DNA of 64,000 nucleotides, from the NCBI GenBank assembly GCA_949289575.1, contig CASEOG010000004.1:6053-70052 (forward strand), read 5' to 3'. Below are positions 56,574-64,000 of the stretch, one piece after another; within the stretch, counting starts at the first letter, position 1, and each line of letters opens with the position of its first letter. Below the pieces are notes generated by a model. The model was not told the origin of the DNA, did not search any database, and saw only the letters and a list, made by a program, of their open reading frames with translations. The position numbers were made by a program, and so were the translations under genes. The DNA is from an uncultured Spirochaetales bacterium. GTDB taxonomy: Bacteria; Spirochaetota; Spirochaetia; JAFGXN01.

Positions 56574-57518
56574 TTATTTTATCAGCTCGTCGTAAACGGC
56601 TCCGTCTAGAGCTTTTATTTTGTTTAAGAGAATCCCGATTTCGTAGTGATTGCCTTCCGAATGAGGTGCCGCATGCAAATGGAAAATCAGGCGGCAGTAT
56701 GCGTAAATCAATCGGGGAAGGACAAGTCCTTCCGGTTCTTCATCCTCCAGAAGCCGAATCCTCTGTTTTAAATCCCTTAATTCGTTTGAGAGAAGCTCCC
56801 TTCGAATGTTGAATATTTTAAAAGCGGTTGCATAAACCGGAATCCATTCCGGCAACTCTTCTTTTTTTATATTGTACTCATTTGTCAGTAAATCTGCAAG
56901 TCTTTTTATATAAATCGTTTCAATAAAATTCAAATTAATTTTTTGCGGATTATAATAAAAGGCTTCCGAAAAAAAGACCTTGCCTTTCATTCCGTCGCCC
57001 TGAAGAGAGCAGCAGTCGGCCAGTTCGGCCAGTATTTCGGAGTTGTGCTTATCGGTCATATACGCTTTTTTCAAAATATCGAGAGATTTTGTAAAGTCTC
57101 CCAGAAATTTGTAACAGCGGCCGATGAGAAGAAAAAAACTGTCTTCGGGAGCACAGGCCGGATCTTCGTGTCTTGCCTGAAGAAGAAAAAAAAGAGCATC
57201 GGAGAAAATCTTCTGACGAATTAATCGGATACCCCGTTCGAACAAAGGAAATTGCGAGGAAAAATGACCGGAGAAGGATCCCCAAAAATCGATTAATTTT
57301 TGAGCCTGCTGATATTTGCCGCGAATCTCCGTAACTTCGTCGCAGGCGTTTTTCCAGAAACGGACACATTTAACGGCAGTCAGAAACGATTCCGAATGAT
57401 AAGCATGCCGCATATGGGTTTCGCAAAACTCTTCCGCTTCCGCCCAGTTTCCGTTCTTCAGATAACCGTAAATACCGTCCCAGTCTGAATCGAGATTGAA
57501 TTTCGTCTCAATTTCCAT
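56574..57518 (-). CDS. hypothetical TPR-like helical-repeat protein (upstream of greA in the same operon)
   Basis: 314 aa with no specific family recognised. Helical repeat content. Confidence 0.5.
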   Translation of the reverse strand: MEIETKFNLDSDWDGIYGYLKNGNWAEAEEFCETHMRHAYHSESFLTAVKCVRFWKNACDEVTEIRGKYQQAQKLIDFWGSFSGHFSSQFPLFERGIRLIRQKIFSDALFFLLQARHEDPACAPEDSFFLLIGRCYKFLGDFTKSLDILKKAYMTDKHNSEILAELADCCSLQGDGMKGKVFFSEAFYYNPQKINLNFIETIYIKRLADLLTNEYNIKKEELPEWIPVYATAFKIFNIRRELLSNELRDLKQRIRLLEDEEPEGLVLPRLIYAYCRLIFHLHAAPHSEGNHYEIGILLNKIKALDGAVYDELIK

Positions 57519-57609
57519 GTGAGATATTCTACATCATTTTTTCCGAATAGGCAATAATTCTTCTTTTTTATTTGCTGACATTTTCAATGATTAATGTTAT
57601 ATTCGGATT

Positions 57610-58260
57610 ATGGGGCTTTTTACAACCGTATCGATTCTTTCTTCCGATTTTTCCGCAATCGGCGACACTTTACGGGAAGCGGCGGACGCCGGCGCTTCCA
57701 TGATTCATTGGGATGTGATGGACGGTCATTTTGTTCCCAATCTGACATTCGGCCCGAAGCTGATTGACGATTTTCGGAAAAAATCATCTCTTCCGTTTGA
57801 TACTCATTTAATGATTACCTCTCCGGGTGATTATCTGGACCGCTTTCTGAAAAGCAGCGATTATCTGACTTTTCATGTAGAGTCTGTTGATAAACCGGGA
57901 TATCTGATATCCCGCATACGGGAGGCCGGTAAAGGAGCGGGATTATCGATTAAACCCCAAACGCCGCTGCCGCTTCTGACCCCCTATATTTCCGACCTTG
58001 CATCGGTACTGCTGATGGGGGTCGAACCCGGATTCGGCGGTCAGACAATCTCGGATGCCGTTTACGACCGCCTCGCTCTGTTGGTACGGATGCGCCGGGA
58101 GGCCGGTGCTGCTTTTAAAATTGTTGTCGACGGCGGTGTCCATGCCGAAAATGCCGCCATACTGCGCCGTGCCGGCGCCGACGGCGTGGTGCTCGGTTCG
58201 GCGTTTATAGCGGCCGAAAACAAGAAGAAATTTATAGAGGCGGTTTCTGCGGATAAATGA
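57610..58260 (+). CDS. rpe: ribulose-phosphate 3-epimerase
   Basis: 216 aa, SILSSDF...IHWDVMDGHFVPNLTFG and VDGG motifs. Confidence 0.9.
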   Translation: MGLFTTVSILSSDFSAIGDTLREAADAGASMIHWDVMDGHFVPNLTFGPKLIDDFRKKSSLPFDTHLMITSPGDYLDRFLKSSDYLTFHVESVDKPGYLISRIREAGKGAGLSIKPQTPLPLLTPYISDLASVLLMGVEPGFGGQTISDAVYDRLALLVRMRREAGAAFKIVVDGGVHAENAAILRRAGADGVVLGSAFIAAENKKKFIEAVSADK

Positions 58261-59411
58261 AAAACGTCATCAACGGAAAGCTGTTGGATAAAGCTGTATC
58301 TCTCTTTAAGAAACGGCGGTATGCCGATGTCGTCGATTTACTGACTCCGCATCTGCTTTCTTACGGAGACAGCTATCTCTATTTCAAACTGATGACAATT
58401 TCTTCTCTGATGATTCTTGACTGGAGCGGGGCAGCCGCTTATCTGAAAACGGCTGTCAGACTGGAACGGTATCGGGATCCCGATTTGCAGATTGTTCGTG
58501 CCGTTATTTTGATGAAAACAGGAGAAACAGCCGAGTCCTACCGGATTTTGTTTGAACTGGAACGGAACGGAAAGTGGGGACATCTGACAAAAGAATTGCT
58601 GGAAGCATCGCGGCATACGGAAAACAGACAGGCACTGACGGAAGTTCTCGAGACTCTGATAAAAATGCGGCTCGGGAAAATCCGCCCCGATGCCGTTTCC
58701 GAAATCCCGGGCCGGCGTGAGCAGACGTTTTATACAAGCCGTGCGATGCGCGTTCATCCTGCGGCGGTCGCCGTGGTTTTCGGTGTCTGTGCGTTTCTGT
58801 CATTGACCGGTATCGGAATCTATTTCGGGGTTTCCGCACGGCAAAACAGGGAACCGGTCCGCACCGAAGGAGATTCGATCCGACTGACAAGAGAAGATCA
58901 GCTGGCGGTATACGATATCCGGACCCGTTATTTTCTGACCGACAAAGAGATCGAGCGATCCTTTTCGCGCCTGAGAAGTTATTACCGGAACGGCGACGAT
59001 AACATGGCGCAAAGAGAAATAAATCGCATTAAAGAATCGAATGCGGCAATCGATGTCAAAGATAAAGCCTCCGCATTCGAGCGTCTTCTTTCCGAAAAAC
59101 GGGCCGAAAAAACAAAAACTTTTTTTACCTACGATGAGGTCAGCCGCGATCCTTTTCTTTATCATAAAACGCTTGTCGTTTGGAGAGGCTCACCGGCCAA
59201 TTTACGGGTGACCGACTCATCGATTACATTCGATTTTTTGGTCGGCTATGAAAACAAGAAATTCCTTGAGGGAACGGTTCCGGTGTATGTCGATTATGCG
59301 GTGAAGCTTTACGAAGGGGAAGCGTACGAAATTGAGGGTGAAATTCTTGCTGTCGACGACAACAGTTTCCGTCTTCACGCATTTTCCGTCAGAAGGATAC
59401 AAATTAATTGA
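58257..59411 (+). CDS. hypothetical single-pass membrane protein (TPR-like cytoplasmic N-terminal part, one TM, C-terminal domain)
   Basis: 384 aa. TM AAVAVVFGVCAFLSLTGIGIYFGV. ATGA overlap with rpe. Confidence 0.5.
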   Translation: MKNVINGKLLDKAVSLFKKRRYADVVDLLTPHLLSYGDSYLYFKLMTISSLMILDWSGAAAYLKTAVRLERYRDPDLQIVRAVILMKTGETAESYRILFELERNGKWGHLTKELLEASRHTENRQALTEVLETLIKMRLGKIRPDAVSEIPGRREQTFYTSRAMRVHPAAVAVVFGVCAFLSLTGIGIYFGVSARQNREPVRTEGDSIRLTREDQLAVYDIRTRYFLTDKEIERSFSRLRSYYRNGDDNMAQREINRIKESNAAIDVKDKASAFERLLSEKRAEKTKTFFTYDEVSRDPFLYHKTLVVWRGSPANLRVTDSSITFDFLVGYENKKFLEGTVPVYVDYAVKLYEGEAYEIEGEILAVDDNSFRLHAFSVRRIQIN

Positions 59412-59468
59412 CAAAACGGCACTTTTCCGCCATTAATAAATTCGAATATAAACAAAAAAGGAGATAAT

Positions 59469-60599
59469 ATGGCTGCAACAAAGAAAACATTTATGAGCTC
59501 GGCTGATTTCGAATCGTCCGATGATAAACTGAAAGCGCTTGAAGCCGCCAAACTTCAGATTGAGAAACAGTTCGGAAAAGGATCTCTGATGAAACTGGGG
59601 GAAAAACAGAGCATGAATGTCGAAGTGATTCCTTCCGGGTCGATCTTGATTGATGCAGCATTGGGTGTCGGCGGTTATCCGAAAGGAAGAATTATCGAGA
59701 TATTCGGACCCGAATCATCGGGAAAGACAACACTTGCTCTTCATGCAATAGCCGAGGCTCAGAAAAAAGGAGGGATTGCCGCTTTCGTCGATGCCGAGCA
59801 TGCCCTCGATCCGGTCTATGCACGGAATTTGGGTGTCAATACGGACGAACTCTGGGTTTCCCAACCGGATACGGGAGAACAGGCTCTCGAAATTACCGAG
59901 TCGCTAGTCCGGTCGGGCGCTGTCGATATTATTGTCGTAGACTCTGTTGCCGCATTGACACCTCAGGCCGAGATAGAAGGGGATATGGGAGATTCTCATA
60001 TGGGACTTCAGGCCCGCCTGATGAGTCAGGCCCTCAGAAAACTGACGGGCATTATCGGAAAATCGGGAACAACACTGATTTTTATTAATCAAATCAGGAT
60101 GAAAATCGGGGTGATGTTCGGTAACCCGGAAACGACAACAGGCGGTAATGCTTTAAAATTTTATGCATCGGTACGTCTCGATGTCCGAAAAATCGAAACC
60201 ATAGCAAAAGGAGACGATGACCCGGTCGGGAACAGAGTTCGTGTTAAAGTTGTCAAAAACAAGGTGGCCCCGCCGTTCAGACGTGCGGAACTGGAAATGG
60301 AATTCGGTAAAGGAATTTCCGCCGAAGGCAGTCTTTTGGATGTCGGAGTCAAATACGATATCATCGAAAAAAGCGGCAGCTGGTATTCCTATAACGGCGA
60401 CCGTTTGGGACAGGGACGTGATAATATCAAAGAGTTTTTAAAATCGAATCCCGCAGTTGCCGCCGAAATCGAAGAAAAAGTCAGGAAAATTCTTTTTTCT
60501 CCGGAATCGGCCGCATCTTCGGATGAAAATCCCGTTCCCGAACAGTCATCCGTAAAACTTTCCGGCACAACCGTAAAAAAAGGCGGACTTGAAGAATAA
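59469..60599 (+). CDS. recA: recombinase RecA
   Basis: Walker [10 protein letters not shown]. The RecA loop regions are canonical. Confidence 0.97.
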   Translation: MAATKKTFMSSADFESSDDKLKALEAAKLQIEKQFGKGSLMKLGEKQSMNVEVIPSGSILIDAALGVGGYPKGRIIEIFGPESSGKTTLALHAIAEAQKKGGIAAFVDAEHALDPVYARNLGVNTDELWVSQPDTGEQALEITESLVRSGAVDIIVVDSVAALTPQAEIEGDMGDSHMGLQARLMSQALRKLTGIIGKSGTTLIFINQIRMKIGVMFGNPETTTGGNALKFYASVRLDVRKIETIAKGDDDPVGNRVRVKVVKNKVAPPFRRAELEMEFGKGISAEGSLLDVGVKYDIIEKSGSWYSYNGDRLGQGRDNIKEFLKSNPAVAAEIEEKVRKILFSPESAASSDENPVPEQSSVKLSGTTVKKGGLEE

Positions 60600-61330
60600 T
60601 GGACGGCGTACCGGCCTCATCAGCCGATTTTAAACTCGAAAAATTCGAAGGCCCTCTCGATTTGCTTGTGACACTGATTCGTAATAACGATATCAATATT
60701 TACGATATTCCGATAGCCGAAATTACGGATCAGTTTATCGGGTATATCGAGCGGGGTGACAGAATCAATTTAAACAATCTGACCGAATTTTATTATATGG
60801 CCTCGACTCTGATTTATATTAAATCGAAGATGCTTTTGCCGGTTGATGTCGATTTGGATGAAGAATTCGAAGATCCGCGCCAGGAATTGGTCGAAAAACT
60901 GATAGAATATCAGAAATTCAGAAAAATTACCGATATGATGCAGGAGCAGATCGGGGAAAACGAATGGTTTATCGATCGACGCCGCAGGCAAAAGACACTG
61001 CCGTTTCCCGAAACCGGTCAGGATTGGGAAGATATGGATGTACTGGATTTATGCCGTATCTTTTCCGGTCTGATGAAAAAAGTTCCTTTTAATGTAAATA
61101 TTTACGAAGATGTTTCCGTTGAAGAAAAGCAGACATTGATTGATGAGTTTCTGCAGACAAAGAAAGAATTTCTGTTTACCGATTTGATAAAAAATTTCGA
61201 TTCGGCAATGGAAGTGATCTGTGCTTTTCTTTCGATTCTGATTTATGTCCGTGACAGGAAAATATCGCTGATGCAAAACCGGATGTTCGGTGACATTAAA
61301 ATTACGGCATACAGAAAAGAAATTACGTAA
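60599..61330 (+). CDS. scpA: segregation and condensation protein A
   Basis: 243 aa, the N-terminal LDLLVTLIRNNDINIYDIPIAEITDQF is typical ScpA. Confidence 0.85.
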   Translation: MDGVPASSADFKLEKFEGPLDLLVTLIRNNDINIYDIPIAEITDQFIGYIERGDRINLNNLTEFYYMASTLIYIKSKMLLPVDVDLDEEFEDPRQELVEKLIEYQKFRKITDMMQEQIGENEWFIDRRRRQKTLPFPETGQDWEDMDVLDLCRIFSGLMKKVPFNVNIYEDVSVEEKQTLIDEFLQTKKEFLFTDLIKNFDSAMEVICAFLSILIYVRDRKISLMQNRMFGDIKITAYRKEIT

Positions 61331-61349
61331 ACGGGAGAAGGAGAAACGA

Positions 61350-61919
61350 ATGTCCGAGGTGAAGAATAGTCAACGGGAAAATCCCGAAATTCACAGTCAG
61401 GCTGCGCTGATTGAAACAGTTTTATTTTTGGAAACCGATCCCGTACCTGTCGAAAAACTGATAAAAATAACAGGGCTGACGGAGCAGGCCGTTTCGGAGG
61501 CTTTAAGCTATCTGTCGGATGCCTGTAAAAATGCCGATCGCGGATTGGAACTTTCGCAGCTGGGCGGCGGTTATTTTCTGATGCCAAAAGAAGAACATTG
61601 GGAAATTTTGAAAGAGCGTTACGGTAAAAAGAATGACGACCGTTTATCCAGGGCTGCGCTCGAAACTCTTTCCATTATCGCATATTCCCAACCGATAACC
61701 AAATCGGAAATCGAAAAAATCAGAGGTGTTTCCGCCGATACCATGATACGCAATCTTTTGGATAAAGAACTTATTGTCGAAAAAGGCCGCAAAGATTCAC
61801 CCGGCCGTCCGATGATGTACGGAACAACATTAAAATTTCTTACTGTTTTTAAATTAAAAAGTATTGCCGATTTGCCGAAACTCGGAGAAGCCGAAAAAAC
61901 CAAGTTCGAGCTCAACTGA
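61350..61919 (+). CDS. scpB: segregation and condensation protein B
   Basis: Tandem winged-helix ScpB pattern (AALIETVLFLETDPV; SRAALETLSIIAYSQPITKSEIEKIRGV). ATG 61350 has a GGAGAA RBS. Confidence 0.85.
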   Translation: MSEVKNSQRENPEIHSQAALIETVLFLETDPVPVEKLIKITGLTEQAVSEALSYLSDACKNADRGLELSQLGGGYFLMPKEEHWEILKERYGKKNDDRLSRAALETLSIIAYSQPITKSEIEKIRGVSADTMIRNLLDKELIVEKGRKDSPGRPMMYGTTLKFLTVFKLKSIADLPKLGEAEKTKFELN

Positions 61920-62650
61920 TGGAAGAATTCCCCGTACGAATTCAAAAATATATTGCGGCCTGCGGATTGATGTCGAGAAGGAAGGCGGAAGAGGCTGTTG
62001 CCGCCGGCAGGGTCTCCGTAAACGGAACGGCTGTAAACGAACCCGGGTTTAAGGTCTCGAAGACCGATCGGGTGACTGTCGACGGCATTCTTTGTATCCC
62101 GCAAAACCGGAAAATTTATATTTTACTTAACAAACCGGAAAAGGTGATATGTTCGCGAATCGACACATGCGGACGTACAACCGTCTTTGATCTGCTTCCG
62201 GAAAAATTTCGAACCGGATTTCATACTGCCGGCAGACTCGATTTTATGTCGTGCGGTCTGATTATCATTTCCAACGACGGTCGGCTGACGGCCGGTCTGA
62301 CACACCCGTCCCGCGGAATCGAAAAAGAGTATCTGGTCCGAACGGATAAAAAAATTGATGAGAATTTGCTAAAAAATTTTCAAAACGGCTTTTCTATAAA
62401 TGAAATTTCGTATAGAATAAAAACGTATAAGATTCTGAGTCGCAACGAGTATCTCTTCGTTCTGACGGAAGGAAAAAATCGGGAGATTCGGAATCTTCTG
62501 AATCAAAATCATATTGGAGTTAAACTGTTGCGACGGATACGCATCGGCGGCGTAAAAATCGCAGATCTGAAATCGGGAGAATTCAGATATTTAACCTCGC
62601 AAGAGGTTGACAGTTTACTGGAAACGGGTGTAAATGGTTGTAGCAATTGA
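61919..62650 (+). CDS. rRNA pseudouridine synthase, RsuA/RluB family
   Basis: N-terminal S4 domain (RIQKYIAACGLMSRRKAEEAV). Catalytic GRLD motif (HTAGRLDFMSCGLIII). Confidence 0.85.
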   Translation: MEEFPVRIQKYIAACGLMSRRKAEEAVAAGRVSVNGTAVNEPGFKVSKTDRVTVDGILCIPQNRKIYILLNKPEKVICSRIDTCGRTTVFDLLPEKFRTGFHTAGRLDFMSCGLIIISNDGRLTAGLTHPSRGIEKEYLVRTDKKIDENLLKNFQNGFSINEISYRIKTYKILSRNEYLFVLTEGKNREIRNLLNQNHIGVKLLRRIRIGGVKIADLKSGEFRYLTSQEVDSLLETGVNGCSN

Positions 62651-63281
62651 CGGTCCCGCCGGTGTCGGGAAAAGCACTGTCGCACATCGAATCGCATCGG
62701 AATTCGGCTTTCATTTTTTAAACAGCGGAAACTTTTACCGTTGTATTGCCTATTTTGCTTTGAAAAAGCGGATTCCGGTTGATAATTCTTCTGCTTTAAT
62801 TCGCATAGCCGAAGAATTGAATTTGTCTCTCAAACACGATTGTCTTTATTACGAAGACGAAAATATCGAACCTTATCTTCATACACATGAAATAGATGAA
62901 ATCGTAGCTCCCGTGTCTGCCGTACCGGAAGTGAGAGCAGCCGTTAACCGGTTAATCAGAAAACTCTACTCGAATGTCGATCTTGTCTGTGAAGGCAGGG
63001 ATATGACAACCGTTGTTTTTCCCGATGCGGAAGTCAAAATATATCTTGATGCTTCGCCCGAAATTCGAGCCTCACGCCGTCTTCATCAGGGATGCAGTTC
63101 GGCCGATTATCAGACCATTTTGACATCCATACAAAACAGAGACCGGATTGATACAGGGAAATCGGTCGGAAAACTTTGTGTTGCCGAAGATGCTTTGTAT
63201 ATCGATACTTCCGATCTTGATTTGGATTCAGTTACCGAAAAAATTTTATGCCATATAAAGGAAAATAGGAGAAAGAAATGA
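62634..63281 (+). CDS. cmk: cytidylate kinase
   Basis: P-loop IDGPAGVGKST. Overlaps the upstream gene by 17 nt. Confidence 0.9.
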   Translation: MVVAIDGPAGVGKSTVAHRIASEFGFHFLNSGNFYRCIAYFALKKRIPVDNSSALIRIAEELNLSLKHDCLYYEDENIEPYLHTHEIDEIVAPVSAVPEVRAAVNRLIRKLYSNVDLVCEGRDMTTVVFPDAEVKIYLDASPEIRASRRLHQGCSSADYQTILTSIQNRDRIDTGKSVGKLCVAEDALYIDTSDLDLDSVTEKILCHIKENRRKK

Positions 63282-64000
63282 ATTTTGATGAAATGATGGA
63301 CATCAGCCAGGATGAAATGGAAAAGTCTCTCGAGAGCTTCGGAAACGTTATCGAAGGGGATGTTGTAGACGGAAAAGTTGTATCGGTTACCGCTTCGAAT
63401 GTATTCCTGGACGTGAAATGCAAATCGGAAGGGATTTTATCGATTTCCGAATTCGGAGACAATATTCCGTCGGTCGGAGATACCGTTCAGGTATTTCTTG
63501 AAAGAAAAGAAGACAGAGAGGGGCGTCCGGTCATTTCGAAATCAAAAGCCGATGAACAGAGAATTAAACGTTCTCTGAAAACCGCAACGGCTGCTCACGA
63601 GCCCGTTACCGGTAAGTTCGTAAAAGAGGTCACCGGAGGATTGAGTGTCGATTTGGGGGCCGATATTCTTGCTTTCTGTCCGACATCCCAGATTGATATT
63701 AACAGAGTCGAAAATCCGTCGGAATGGATCGGTAAAACAGGAGAATTCCTGATTCAGCGACAGACCGACCGCAAATCGATTACCGTTTCGCGTCGTCGCT
63801 ATCTTGAAGAAAAAATCAATAAAGCCCGCGATGAATTCTTTAATACGGTCAAAGAAGGTGATGTGGTCGAAGGCGTTGCCAAAAATTTTACTTCTTACGG
63901 TGCTTTCGTCGATCTGGGCGGATTTGACGGACTGCTCCATTTGTCCGATATGAGCTGGGGGCATGCCAGCAGTCCGCGAACTTATATGAATAAAGGCGAC
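63278..64000 (+). CDS. rpsA: 30S ribosomal protein S1 (3'-truncated by the window edge)
   Basis: Read directly from the frame at 63278 (MNFDEMMDISQDEMEKSLESFGNVIEGDVVDGKVVSV...). Successive S1 domains. No stop codon before the window end. ATGA overlap with cmk. Not in the ORF track because it is open-ended. Confidence 0.8.
   Translation, partial: MNFDEMMDISQDEMEKSLESFGNVIEGDVVDGKVVSVTASNVFLDVKCKSEGILSISEFGDNIPSVGDTVQVFLERKEDREGRPVISKSKADEQRIKRSLKTATAAHEPVTGKFVKEVTGGLSVDLGADILAFCPTSQIDINRVENPSEWIGKTGEFLIQRQTDRKSITVSRRRYLEEKINKARDEFFNTVKEGDVVEGVAKNFTSYGAFVDLGGFDGLLHLSDMSWGHASSPRTYMNKGD

Noticed and set aside
1-64000. Mobile elements, prophage, CRISPR arrays
   Set aside because: No transposase, integrase or phage gene signatures and no direct-repeat/spacer arrays are present. 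The only long-range repeat is the intragenic FlgD-Ig module array, which is protein-coding.

Overview
This 64 kb window reads as a chromosomal core region of a diderm bacterium that is probably a spirochete (Treponema-like). The evidence is a ~900-aa long-form GreA, LptF/G, an OmpA-type cell-envelope protein and the overall gene content. The window is densely coding and almost entirely on the + strand.

Gene order: a 5'-truncated YD-repeat protein; a class II adenosylcobalamin-dependent ribonucleotide reductase (- strand) divergent from a marR-tolC-MFP-RND efflux operon that ends with a translationally coupled P-II-like gene and an atypical (Asp-less) OmpR-type regulator; glyA; the rimP-nusA-infB-rbfA-truB-ribF-rpsO-pnp-dut translation-factor cluster; lptF/lptG, tgt and murJ; a HEAT-repeat secreted protein; a GC-rich RlmD-type methyltransferase (-); a BNR/DUF4015 glycosidase-like gene; glpK; a tRNA-Gly/Thr/Tyr cluster with its own promoter and terminator; an operon ykgJ-like -> 64-aa ORF -> giant 1431-aa envelope protein -> mltG -> dnaG -> rpoD -> zinc-ribbon protein, followed directly by RNase P RNA; a TPR protein followed by mreB-mreC-mreD-mrdA-rodA and a fused TIGR03960/TIGR03936-type radical SAM gene; a bidirectional terminator; long-form greA and a TPR gene (-); rpe; and recA-scpA-scpB-rluB-cmk-rpsA, with rpsA running off the window. 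The giant envelope protein has a beta-barrel-like N-terminus, 8 tandem FlgD-Ig-like repeats and an OmpA C-terminus.

No transposases, integrases, phage genes or CRISPR arrays were seen. The most unusual feature is the three-gene module centred on the giant multi-repeat OmpA-family protein and its overlapping small partner ORF. Other observations: a duplicated MarR-operator-like palindrome, NrdR-box-like repeats upstream of the reductase, two apparently leaderless promoters, and several compositionally GC-rich genes.
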